This document shows, one piece after another, positions 30,071 to 38,776 of a stretch of 64,000 bases of DNA (its first letter is position 1; each line of letters starts with the position of its first letter). The notes below the pieces were generated by a model, which saw only the letters and a program-made list of their open reading frames with translations, was not told where the DNA came from and made no database searches. The stretch comes from an uncultured Acidimicrobiia bacterium. GTDB taxonomy: Bacteria; Actinomycetota; Acidimicrobiia; Spongiisociales; Spongiisociaceae. The DNA is taken from positions 1,770,548 through 1,834,547 of the forward strand of contig OY282370.1 of the NCBI GenBank assembly GCA_958295745.1, written 5' to 3'. The translations under genes were made by a program, and so were the position numbers.

Positions 30071-31477
30071 GTGCTTGGTCGGTGGGTCTCTTCGTCCATC
30101 CGGCGGCGCCGGGCCGGATATGTCCTCGTCGGATTCGTCCTGGCCTTCTCGGCCGCCGGTTGTTCGGTGGGTGACGGCTCTTCGGCGTTTTTGCTCCCGC
30201 CGTCCACGGCGCCTGCTTCGTCTGACGTTGCGCCGCCCCCCTCCGATGTATCTGCTGTTTCTTCATCCGCCGGCACGGCCGCGGCGGAGGCCGTAGAGCC
30301 GGGCGCGGCCGATGGAGAAAGCGGGGGCGCCCAAGATGATCCCGCCCCGAATGGAAGGGCAGGAGACCCCGCCGAAGTGCGGGATGGGGGGAGCGGGGGC
30401 GCCCAGGATGATCCCGCCGCCCCCCTCGATGAATCCGACCAGACCCGGTCCGGCCCCGCCGCCCCGGAGGAGGACGACTCGCAGGACATCGATGGGGAAG
30501 CCGAAGGGTCGGCCGCCGCGGCAACCCAGGACGGGGGCGGCTCGACGGCGCCGCCGGTGGAAGCCCCTCGGCCCTCAGAGTTTCAGGTTTTCTACCCCGA
30601 TGTCCATATCGACATCGACTACGAGAGCGAGGAGGCCAGGGCCTCGGTGTCGGGTTCCCTCGCCCCCCATCATCGGCAGGTCTACATCGTGGAGGCCTCC
30701 GCCGGGCAGGAGTTCAGGGCAGAGCTCGAAGCGCCGTCCGGGGTGTGGCTCGACGTTCGGAAGGGCGATCAGGTGTTGCTGTCGGATATCGAGCGCCCCC
30801 GGCTGGTGGAAGGGCCGCTGCCCGCCGACGGCGCCTGGCGGGTGAGCGTGGTGTCCACCAGCAGCGAGACCGCCCACTACACGCTGGCGGTGGAGATGAT
30901 GCCTCCCCGTCCGGTCGTGTACCTCACGTTCGACGACGGGCCCCATCCCACCCATACGCCGGAGGTGCTCGACCTTCTCGGCCGTTACGACGCCAGGGCT
31001 ACCTTCTTCGTGCTCGGCAGGCTGGCCGAGCGTTACCCCGAGCTGGTGCAGCGCATCGATGACGAGGGCCACACGCTGGCCAACCACACCTGGAACCACG
31101 AAAACCTGGACGGCATGTCCCGGTCGGCGTTCGATGACACCATTTCCCGGACGCAGGAGGTGCTCGGCGACCGGGCCGCCCCGTGTCTGCGCCCTCCTTA
31201 CGGCGCCCTCGATAGAAATACCCGCGGATGGGCCGCCGGACATGGGTTGGATGTGATCATGTGGGACGTCAGCGGCGCCGACTGGCTCGACATCACGGCC
31301 ACAGAAATCGCCGGGCGGGTGTTGAATAGGGTGGCCGACGGGTCGATCGTGTTGCTCCACGACGGCGGGGGCAACCGTTCCCGGACGGTTCGGGCTTTGG
31401 AGATGATCCTCGAAGGACTGTCCGAGCGGAGGATGCGCTCCGAACCGGTCTGCCTCCCGACATCAGAGGTTCCGTGA
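30071..31477 (+). CDS. Exported polysaccharide deacetylase (NodB domain) with low-complexity linker
   Basis: Lipobox-like AAGC; YLTFDDGP, NHTWNH, RPPYG, IVLLHD. Confidence 0.85.
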   Translation: MLGRWVSSSIRRRRAGYVLVGFVLAFSAAGCSVGDGSSAFLLPPSTAPASSDVAPPPSDVSAVSSSAGTAAAEAVEPGAADGESGGAQDDPAPNGRAGDPAEVRDGGSGGAQDDPAAPLDESDQTRSGPAAPEEDDSQDIDGEAEGSAAAATQDGGGSTAPPVEAPRPSEFQVFYPDVHIDIDYESEEARASVSGSLAPHHRQVYIVEASAGQEFRAELEAPSGVWLDVRKGDQVLLSDIERPRLVEGPLPADGAWRVSVVSTSSETAHYTLAVEMMPPRPVVYLTFDDGPHPTHTPEVLDLLGRYDARATFFVLGRLAERYPELVQRIDDEGHTLANHTWNHENLDGMSRSAFDDTISRTQEVLGDRAAPCLRPPYGALDRNTRGWAAGHGLDVIMWDVSGADWLDITATEIAGRVLNRVADGSIVLLHDGGGNRSRTVRALEMILEGLSERRMRSEPVCLPTSEVP

Positions 31478-31818
31478 AGTTCGATTCTCTTTCCGAGGCC
31501 GAAGCCCACGCCGTCCAGTGGATGGCTGAACTGAGGTCCAGAAGCGACTACGAATGGGAGTGGGATACGCCCGCCGCTCTGGTCTGTGAACCGGTACCCG
31601 GTTTTCCTTGTCGGGTGATGGTGTTGACACCCCCGGATGGGGATAGGTTTCTCTCTCGCCTCGCCTTCACTGCCGGGATCAAGTACGAGGGCAGGTATTG
31701 GCAGGGACTCATAGAAGACGAGGAAGGCTTACTTTCCGGAGCAGCTCTGTCCGAGACGGACGCCATCATCGGGGTGCTCGTTACAGCCTCGCAGACATCG
31801 CTTCCTGTCTATACATGA
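31474..31818 (+). CDS. Hypothetical protein
   Basis: 114-aa ORF with GTGA overlap on the deacetylase stop; no recognised motif. Confidence 0.5.
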   Translation: MKFDSLSEAEAHAVQWMAELRSRSDYEWEWDTPAALVCEPVPGFPCRVMVLTPPDGDRFLSRLAFTAGIKYEGRYWQGLIEDEEGLLSGAALSETDAIIGVLVTASQTSLPVYT

Positions 31819-31825
31819 TCCCCTT

Positions 31826-32329
31826 ATGAGCATTCTCTACAGGTCCAGGTTCAATGCCGACACTATAGGTTCTGTGATGATTGAGATCGGTGATCTGCTC
31901 GAGGGGCGAGTGGACAACAAGCGACAACTTCTCAACGCCGTGAGAGAACTCGCGGACAACTCCCTATATCATTCAGGAGAGGGCGGTGGATGGTGCTCGG
32001 TCGAGACGATCGACAACCAACTGGCGATAACTGTCCAAGACCGGGGTGAGGGGATACACCAGAGCCTACGTAGGTTGTATGCGGATATCGACGAGAGGCA
32101 GGCTTTACGGTTCGCGTTCGGGGGCGGTGTTTCCGTTACGGGCGACCCTGTTCGCGGGCTGGGCCTGAAGTTGGTGCTGGACTATACGCAGAAGGGAGCA
32201 ACTCTCTTGCTGGAGACCGGCGGGGTGGCGTTCGTAGGCATCGACGGGAAGGGACAAGTGATCGGCAAGAGCACGCAGCGAGTCGAGGGTGTGGTAGCGA
32301 CGCTCTGCCTACCTTTTCCCTGTTGTTAG
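31826..32329 (+). CDS. Stand-alone GHKL/HATPase_c protein
   Basis: N box ELADNSLYH, G1 box DRGEGI, G2 box RGLGL. Confidence 0.8.
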   Translation: MSILYRSRFNADTIGSVMIEIGDLLEGRVDNKRQLLNAVRELADNSLYHSGEGGGWCSVETIDNQLAITVQDRGEGIHQSLRRLYADIDERQALRFAFGGGVSVTGDPVRGLGLKLVLDYTQKGATLLLETGGVAFVGIDGKGQVIGKSTQRVEGVVATLCLPFPCC

Positions 32330-32441
32330 GATAGATGCTGAACCAACTTCCGGGAGGGGTGAACTTACCCGTTGCTGTGTATCCGATTTCGACCTTCTGG
32401 TACGCAGGTGCGCCCGAACCGCGCAAACGGGCGGATAGTCC

Positions 32442-33131
32442 CTAACTATTGCAAGGAACTTTGAGGGCCTCCCCTGTATATTGCCATTGGCTTGAACTGG
32501 CTACCTGAGAATAAAGTGTTGCTTTTGCATCAAGCTTACACTTATTACACTTAGTCCAGTGCGTTTCATCTCTTTCTCTCAAGGTTCTTATACTTTCCCA
32601 AGGCGCAAGTTTATGGCCGTGTTTCTCGGCCAGATATGTTGCCAGTTCTCGCCCTTCAGGCGGCAATGGTTTGGGTAGCTTGGGGGCAGGTTTCTTAGCA
32701 GTATCAGGACGCGGGATTCGTATTGCCCTTACCCTTTTACCTTTATGTGGTTCTGTGCTCGGAGTATCGGAAGACGGTATCTCTGGTTCCGCTTGCAGTT
32801 CTGGCTTCTCTTCAGTCGGAGTTGGTTGAGGAGTTGCCGGCTGATATTCCGGGCTGATAGGAGCAGTTGTTTCTGTAGTTGTCGGTGGGTCGGGTATTTG
32901 TTCTGTAGTGCCAGAAGGACGCGGAGCAGTAGCCTCCGTCCTTCGTTCTGTTGCTCTTTTACGGACTCTTGAGATAAAGCCGCCTCTTCGACGGCGTTGG
33001 GGTTTGGGCTTATCCTCTACTGTAGATTTTGCAATAGTACGTCTGTGTCTTCTTTTTCCGCGTTTCGTCGCCACCTCCTTGGGTGTAGGGATATAATAGT
33101 CATCGTCGGCCTGATGTCTGTCATCCGTCAT
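32442..33131 (-). CDS. Hypothetical basic, Pro/Thr-rich protein with C-terminal His/Cys (possible Zn-binding) domain
   Basis: ATGA overlap with the Hsp70 stop; KRGKRRHRR; HGH...CNKC...C. Confidence 0.7.
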   Translation of the reverse strand: MTDDRHQADDDYYIPTPKEVATKRGKRRHRRTIAKSTVEDKPKPQRRRRGGFISRVRKRATERRTEATAPRPSGTTEQIPDPPTTTETTAPISPEYQPATPQPTPTEEKPELQAEPEIPSSDTPSTEPHKGKRVRAIRIPRPDTAKKPAPKLPKPLPPEGRELATYLAEKHGHKLAPWESIRTLRERDETHWTKCNKCKLDAKATLYSQVASSSQWQYTGEALKVPCNS

Positions 33132-34477
33132 GCCCATATCTCCTGCGCGTATACACCGAGACCATAGGCTACCGACAGGAAGGTGTCCCTGCTACGGACT
33201 ATCTCAGGCCCAAACATGCTGTACAGCATTTGTGTAAAGGCAGGGATACTTGACGAACCCCCGGTGCGTATAACTTGGTTCACCTCCCGAGATGTTACCC
33301 CAGCTTCTTCCAAGGCCCTGAGAATGGTTTCCTTCACTATTTCCAGGTGACGGCTGATCCATTGGTTGAATTCATCACGATGTATAGATATTCGGAAGGT
33401 AAGCTCGGAAGAGTAGGGAGAATTGTATTCTATGTGTGTAGACTTATCGGCCGAAAGGGATATCTTGGCATCTTCGATGGCCGAGTAGAAGCGGCCTGCC
33501 TGCCCGCCATAGATCACATCATCGAGTAACTGCCCCGCGCGAGGATTGGCCTTTTTGATATCTGTAACAATCCCTATTGTTTCTGAATCGGTCAAAAGAT
33601 GCTTGAAACCACCAAGATTACGAAGGCGTCCTTTGAACCAAGCCGGGACAGGTAGTTGTTTGGTCCCCAGTTTGCTGTCCAGGCCAAAGTATATAGCTAG
33701 TTTGTTATCGAATATCAAAGCATCGAACATCGATCCGCCTACTGTTGCTCCTTGCATGGACAACACGTCGCCTTCGCCGTCTCGTACCTCGACGACAGCC
33801 GTATCGAAGGTCCCGCCGCCAAAGTCTACGGTGATCGTTATTCCATCTTCTAAAACCTCGTCCAGCACTGCGGCGGCGGGCTCAGGATACATTTCTACCT
33901 CTTCGAACCCGGCGCGTTCTGATGCTTGTATCAAGTGTTGTATAGCTCGTTCGTTCAGTTCTTCGGCTGCAGGGCCGACTGCGCCTACGAAGGCCACCGG
34001 GTAACCGAGCACCACCTTTTCGACTTCATATCCGGGGTGTCTGGAAGATGCTCGTTCCTTGAGATCCTGCATGACTACGGATGCGAGATCGGCCAGTTCG
34101 TAGTCTCTAGCCCAAGAGTGGGTGTGGGAGATATCCGAAGTTAGCTCCGTCTTCAAGTCCGAGATCAGTCGAGAATCTAGGCAACCCTTTCCTTGACTAT
34201 ATTGACGACAATCGGTAATGGCTTCACCACGATATATCTGAACGAGGTCACAACTGCTACAGACGGTTCGCTGATTACCGAATCTCGTGAACCGATCAAG
34301 TGCCTCCTTGCCGGCGGAACTGTCGCCGCTCCGATGGAGATAGACCATAGAGGGTAAACACGCCGGTGTCTGGGAACCGGGATAGACAGGCAATGTCTCA
34401 ACGCGATCCTCGTAGGCTATGGCGAGCGAGCTGTTGGTCGTCCCGAAGTCGATACCGTAGGCGATGGGATCTGTCAT
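33128..34477 (-). CDS. Hsp70-family ATPase, nucleotide-binding domain only (YegD-like), with 4-Cys insert
   Basis: GIDFGTTNS, EPAAA, VDFGGGTFD, TGGSSSIP, SVAYGL. The protein ends without a substrate-binding domain. Confidence 0.9.
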   Translation of the reverse strand: MTDPIAYGIDFGTTNSSLAIAYEDRVETLPVYPGSQTPACLPSMVYLHRSGDSSAGKEALDRFTRFGNQRTVCSSCDLVQIYRGEAITDCRQYSQGKGCLDSRLISDLKTELTSDISHTHSWARDYELADLASVVMQDLKERASSRHPGYEVEKVVLGYPVAFVGAVGPAAEELNERAIQHLIQASERAGFEEVEMYPEPAAAVLDEVLEDGITITVDFGGGTFDTAVVEVRDGEGDVLSMQGATVGGSMFDALIFDNKLAIYFGLDSKLGTKQLPVPAWFKGRLRNLGGFKHLLTDSETIGIVTDIKKANPRAGQLLDDVIYGGQAGRFYSAIEDAKISLSADKSTHIEYNSPYSSELTFRISIHRDEFNQWISRHLEIVKETILRALEEAGVTSREVNQVIRTGGSSSIPAFTQMLYSMFGPEIVRSRDTFLSVAYGLGVYAQEIWA

Positions 34478-37400
34478 GGGCCTTTCACCAATCCTGCCGA
34501 CAGCACTTTTACCGAAAGGCCGAACGGCTTGGCTTCAATGTCCTTCTTGGTAGCTTCGTGGTCAGATTCAAGGTCGTCCAATCGCTCTTTGCGTCTCTTC
34601 AGTAGACCTCGCCGGGCTGGAAGAACGCGCCGCTCTTCATCTGTTCCATACTGCTCCAAGGAGCTTATCAGTTCTTGCTCGGCGTTTATCTCTCGTTCCA
34701 ATCTGGCCCTCTTGTATTCGAAGATGCGGGTCTCCCTGTCGAGATCACTTTGCTTCCACAAGCTGTTGCGATGGCCAGCCTCTTGTCTGTATTTCGTGTA
34801 AGTATCTGGGACGGCTTTTAGGCTGACCTCCACGGCCCGCGACAACCAAGCCGGTGGTTTTTCCAATTTGAGATCTGTCCCGATCCGAGGCATGGACTTG
34901 ACTCGCTGCTCTTCGAGCATACCATCTTCTCCTACGAGGTGGCGTATGATAACACCGAACGGTGGATTTCCTTGTGTAGCCAGCTCATAGTATATCTCCA
35001 AGTATACATCTCTGCCGAAATCGTCTACGACCCGAAAAGAGGTCCATGTTGGAGGATTAGCCTCTATCGTTATATTCATGATAGAATCGATCAAAGGATT
35101 GCCCAAGGCTAGAAAGGGTAGGTTTTCGTTCTCTAAAGCAGTCTGTGGATCAAAGATACCCCTATATGTTTTTTTACCGCCCTTCAACCTTTTTATCAAT
35201 TTATCAGGGAGCTGAATTATTTCCCCTGCTTCTTTATGATTACTGAGCCATCCTCCAAAAAACTTTAGAGATATATCTATGTGAGCTTTGAGGTCATCCG
35301 GGGTAGCCATCCGGTCATCTTCAATTATCTTGTTTGCTATATCATGCCGGAAGCTGGCTCGGTCCATAACAAAGTTTTGCCAGGTGCGTTCGGTGATTCG
35401 AGCCTGGGAGATTTTCTTTTCTATGTCCTCTATGTATTCCTCGAAGGCCTCGTCGTCTCGGGTCAATATCAAGCGTTCGATATCCTTTTCAACCTCCCCC
35501 AGAATCGGTTCAAGCGAACCGACCGATTGTTCGAACAGTCCGATTCGTTTATCTAGCACATCCAGTATGCGTTCCTCTATTGTTCCTTGGCATGCCAGAT
35601 TGTAGATGTGAACATCTGACTTTTGTCCTATACGATCAAGTCGTCCGATGCGCTGTTCGATCTTCATGGGGTTCCATGGTAAATCGTAGTTGAACATGGT
35701 ACTCGAGAATTGAAAGTTGCGTCCCTCACCTCCTGCCTCGGTTGTTATGAGGATCTGACTGCGAGTGCGAAATGTTTGAACGGCGTTTTCTTTGGCGTCC
35801 AGGTTCATATTGCCGTTGAACATTACGACGTCATATCCGTTCAATTCTAGTGTTTGACGCAAGAACTCTTGAGTATCTATATATTGAGTAAAGATTAGAA
35901 TCTTTTGTTCGGATACATCTCGCATAGCGCGTAAGAGTACCTGTGCCTTGGAATCCCTGAGGTTCTCAAGCCTATCGACTAAGCCTTTGAGTTCCTGGAT
36001 CTCGTTCTGAGTATCTTCGAGTTCGATGATCCTTCTGAAGCCATCGCTCCAAGTATACAGGTCGATTAGACTCATAGGGTCTTCTGCCTCGCGAGCGTCT
36101 TCCAAAACATCGGGGTCATATATTTTGTCCTTGGATGTCCCATCCTCAATCGTCTGATCATCTATCCTTGCTTCGAGCCTTTCGATTCGCCGATTGAAAC
36201 CCTCGTACAGAGCATATGAACTCGATGCCAAAAGCTTTTGATATGTAACCATGGCAAATCCTACTGCTCGTTGTTTGTTTTGAAGGGCGCGATTATATCC
36301 GCGAACTATATAATCGGTAATGTCTTCGTACAATTGAGATTCTTCTTCGGTTAGATTGACTGGATATATCTTTGCTACACGGTTGGTAAAACCTCCTACT
36401 GTTGCCTTGCGGTTTCTGATCAGAATATCTGCGAAAGGATGCTCTCTGATTATTTGGCCTTCGGCTTCTGAACGTCCTATGTATTCATCTAGGTCGTAAC
36501 TCGGAAGTAGCTTTCTTAGATCCTTTTGCTCTCGGGAATCTAATTCGTCCCATCTCAAAATTTCCTGCATTATACTGTTCAGTACCGGGATATGGTCGAT
36601 CTGGTCTTCGTAATCTTCGAATGAATAAAGGCCGGGTTCGACCAGCTCGATCAACGAATACAATTCGTAGGGATGGAGCTGCATAGGTGTAGCGGTGAGA
36701 AGCAATAGACCGTATTGTTCCTTCAGCTGGTCAGCCAGTCTATAGGCGCGTGTGGTGTCCGTTTTTTTGCCAATCTTATGCCGCCGCAGTCGGTGGGCTT
36801 CGTCGAAGACCACCAAATCCCATCCGGCCTCCGTTATGGATTCGGTGTGCTTTTCCTTGCGTGCGAATTCCAACGAGCAGATCACGTTGTCTCGTTTCTT
36901 CCACGGATTGCCGCCGTCCCTCGACAAGAACTTGACCCCCGCACCGTCGATGACCTCGAAGTCTTCGTTGAATTTGGAACTCAGCTCCTGCCGCCATTGC
37001 TGGGTAAGAGAAGCGGGCGTGATTACGAGCACCCGCTTGATCAGGCCGCGCGCCCGCAGTTCCTTGATGACCAGTCCGGCCTCGATCGTCTTGCCCAGCC
37101 CTACTTCGTCGGCCAGGATCATGCGCGGGCGAGGATTCTTCGACACCACCCGGTTGGCTGCATAGATCTGATGAAGAGCGGGTTCGATCCGGGCGTTGGA
37201 CAGCCCGGCGCAGGGATCGTAACGGTAGGCATGTTGCAGGTAGAGCGCCTGAAGGCGAAGGCCGTACGGCTCGGCGCGCCCGATCACACCCCTTAGGAGA
37301 TCGTCTCGGGGGTCCTCGAAGATCAATTCCAGCTCAGATACGTCAATATATTGAATACTGTTAGGGAATGAAACTTTAGCTAAATCACCTTCAATATTCC

Positions 37401-37488
37401 TTATAATTCCTCTTTCGTCGTTCGCGGTCCATCTAACTCGGTCTCCCGGTTTGAGCGAGCGTTCGCCTCTGGAAGGGTGAGATGACAT
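34474..37488 (-). CDS. SNF2-family ATPase/helicase (RapA/YqhH/DrmD-like)
   Basis: LADEVGLGKTIEAG, FDEAH, LTATP, EAGGEGRNFQ, YDLPWNPMKIEQRIGRLDRIGQ; C-terminal coiled coil. Confidence 0.92.
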   Translation of the reverse strand: MSSHPSRGERSLKPGDRVRWTANDERGIIRNIEGDLAKVSFPNSIQYIDVSELELIFEDPRDDLLRGVIGRAEPYGLRLQALYLQHAYRYDPCAGLSNARIEPALHQIYAANRVVSKNPRPRMILADEVGLGKTIEAGLVIKELRARGLIKRVLVITPASLTQQWRQELSSKFNEDFEVIDGAGVKFLSRDGGNPWKKRDNVICSLEFARKEKHTESITEAGWDLVVFDEAHRLRRHKIGKKTDTTRAYRLADQLKEQYGLLLLTATPMQLHPYELYSLIELVEPGLYSFEDYEDQIDHIPVLNSIMQEILRWDELDSREQKDLRKLLPSYDLDEYIGRSEAEGQIIREHPFADILIRNRKATVGGFTNRVAKIYPVNLTEEESQLYEDITDYIVRGYNRALQNKQRAVGFAMVTYQKLLASSSYALYEGFNRRIERLEARIDDQTIEDGTSKDKIYDPDVLEDAREAEDPMSLIDLYTWSDGFRRIIELEDTQNEIQELKGLVDRLENLRDSKAQVLLRAMRDVSEQKILIFTQYIDTQEFLRQTLELNGYDVVMFNGNMNLDAKENAVQTFRTRSQILITTEAGGEGRNFQFSSTMFNYDLPWNPMKIEQRIGRLDRIGQKSDVHIYNLACQGTIEERILDVLDKRIGLFEQSVGSLEPILGEVEKDIERLILTRDDEAFEEYIEDIEKKISQARITERTWQNFVMDRASFRHDIANKIIEDDRMATPDDLKAHIDISLKFFGGWLSNHKEAGEIIQLPDKLIKRLKGGKKTYRGIFDPQTALENENLPFLALGNPLIDSIMNITIEANPPTWTSFRVVDDFGRDVYLEIYYELATQGNPPFGVIIRHLVGEDGMLEEQRVKSMPRIGTDLKLEKPPAWLSRAVEVSLKAVPDTYTKYRQEAGHRNSLWKQSDLDRETRIFEYKRARLEREINAEQELISSLEQYGTDEERRVLPARRGLLKRRKERLDDLESDHEATKKDIEAKPFGLSVKVLSAGLVKGP

Positions 37489-37579
37489 TTGGCTAGCCAA
37501 GAGTAGTGTTGCTCTGAGTGCCGCGGAGAAGCCGGTGCCGGGTCGCGTCAAGGTAATGGGGCGGTCTACCATGGGGGGC

Positions 37580-38731
37580 ATGCTTCGTTTCTTGACTGCA
37601 GGGGAATCGCACGGCCCCGGGCTGGTGACCATCGTCGAGGGGGTTCCGGCGGGGTTGGTCGTTACCCGTGAGGGCTTGGGTACCGAGCTGGCCCGCAGGC
37701 GTCTGGGGTACGGGCGCGGCAACCGTATGAAGCTCGAGCAGGACGAGCTGGAGATCATGGGCGGTATCCGCCACGGGCGCACCCTCGGCTCGCCGGTGGC
37801 GGTGATCATCCGCAACACCGAGTGGCCTCGCTGGCAGGAGGAGATGTCGCCGGACCCCGGCGTCCCGAGGCGGCCCATGACCACCCCCCGCCCCGGCCAC
37901 GCCGACCTGGTGGGGATGCTCAAGTACGACACCAAGGACGCCCGCAACATTCTCGAGCGGGCTTCGGCCCGCGAGACGGCGGCCCGCACCGTCGTCGGTT
38001 ACCTGGCCAAACAACTGCTGGGGAGCATCGACGTCACGGTGCTCAGCCATGTGGTGGCGATCGGCAAGGCCGTGTCGCTCTCCGAACGGCTCCCCGTCAT
38101 CGAGGACCTTCCCGCCATCGATGCTTCCCAAGTCCGGGCCTTCGGTGCCGAAACCGAGCAGGCGATGGTCGCCGAGATCGAGCGGGCCAAGGCCGACCGG
38201 GACACGCTGGGCGGGGTGATGGAGGTGCTGGTCTACGGCCTGCCGCCCGGCGTCGGATCCCACGTGCATTGGGATCGGAAGCTCGACGCCAGGCTGGGGG
38301 AGGCGTTGCTCTCGATCCAGGCCATGAAGGCGGTCGAGGTGGGCGACGGGCTGGAGACGGCCCGCCGCCGGGGTTCCGAGGCGCACGACGAGATCTACTA
38401 CGGGGACGATGGTTTCTACCGCAATACGGGCCGGGCGGGCGGCACGGAGGGCGGGATGACTACCGGACAACCCCTCCGGGTTCGGGTGGCCATGAAACCG
38501 CTCTCGACGGTGATGCGGCCCCTCCCCACCGTGGACGTGGTGACCAAGGAACCGCAGGTGGCCTTCCGGGAACGCTCCGACGTGTGCGCGGTGCCGGCCG
38601 CCGGGGTGGTGGCCGAGCAGATGACGGCGTACGTGGTTGCCCGGGAGCTCCAGCGCAAGTTCGGCGGGGACACCGTCGGCGACTTCGCGGGGAACGCCGC
38701 CGCCTATAGGGCCCGGCTCCGCTCGTTTTGA
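37580..38731 (+). CDS. aroC: Chorismate synthase
   Basis: MLRFLTAGESHG, PRPGHAD, ERASARET. Confidence 0.97.
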   Translation: MLRFLTAGESHGPGLVTIVEGVPAGLVVTREGLGTELARRRLGYGRGNRMKLEQDELEIMGGIRHGRTLGSPVAVIIRNTEWPRWQEEMSPDPGVPRRPMTTPRPGHADLVGMLKYDTKDARNILERASARETAARTVVGYLAKQLLGSIDVTVLSHVVAIGKAVSLSERLPVIEDLPAIDASQVRAFGAETEQAMVAEIERAKADRDTLGGVMEVLVYGLPPGVGSHVHWDRKLDARLGEALLSIQAMKAVEVGDGLETARRRGSEAHDEIYYGDDGFYRNTGRAGGTEGGMTTGQPLRVRVAMKPLSTVMRPLPTVDVVTKEPQVAFRERSDVCAVPAAGVVAEQMTAYVVARELQRKFGGDTVGDFAGNAAAYRARLRSF

Positions 38732-38776
38732 TGGCCTCCTCGACTGTTCCCTCTACGTTTTCCTGAGGGCCGGCCG

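Noticed and set aside
37489..37989. N-terminal extension of SNF2 in the ORF track (likewise for the aminotransferase, helicase, tadA, GT4, nuoD and nuoH)
   Set aside because: The extensions overlap neighbouring genes; downstream starts fit RBSs, overlaps or family N-termini better.
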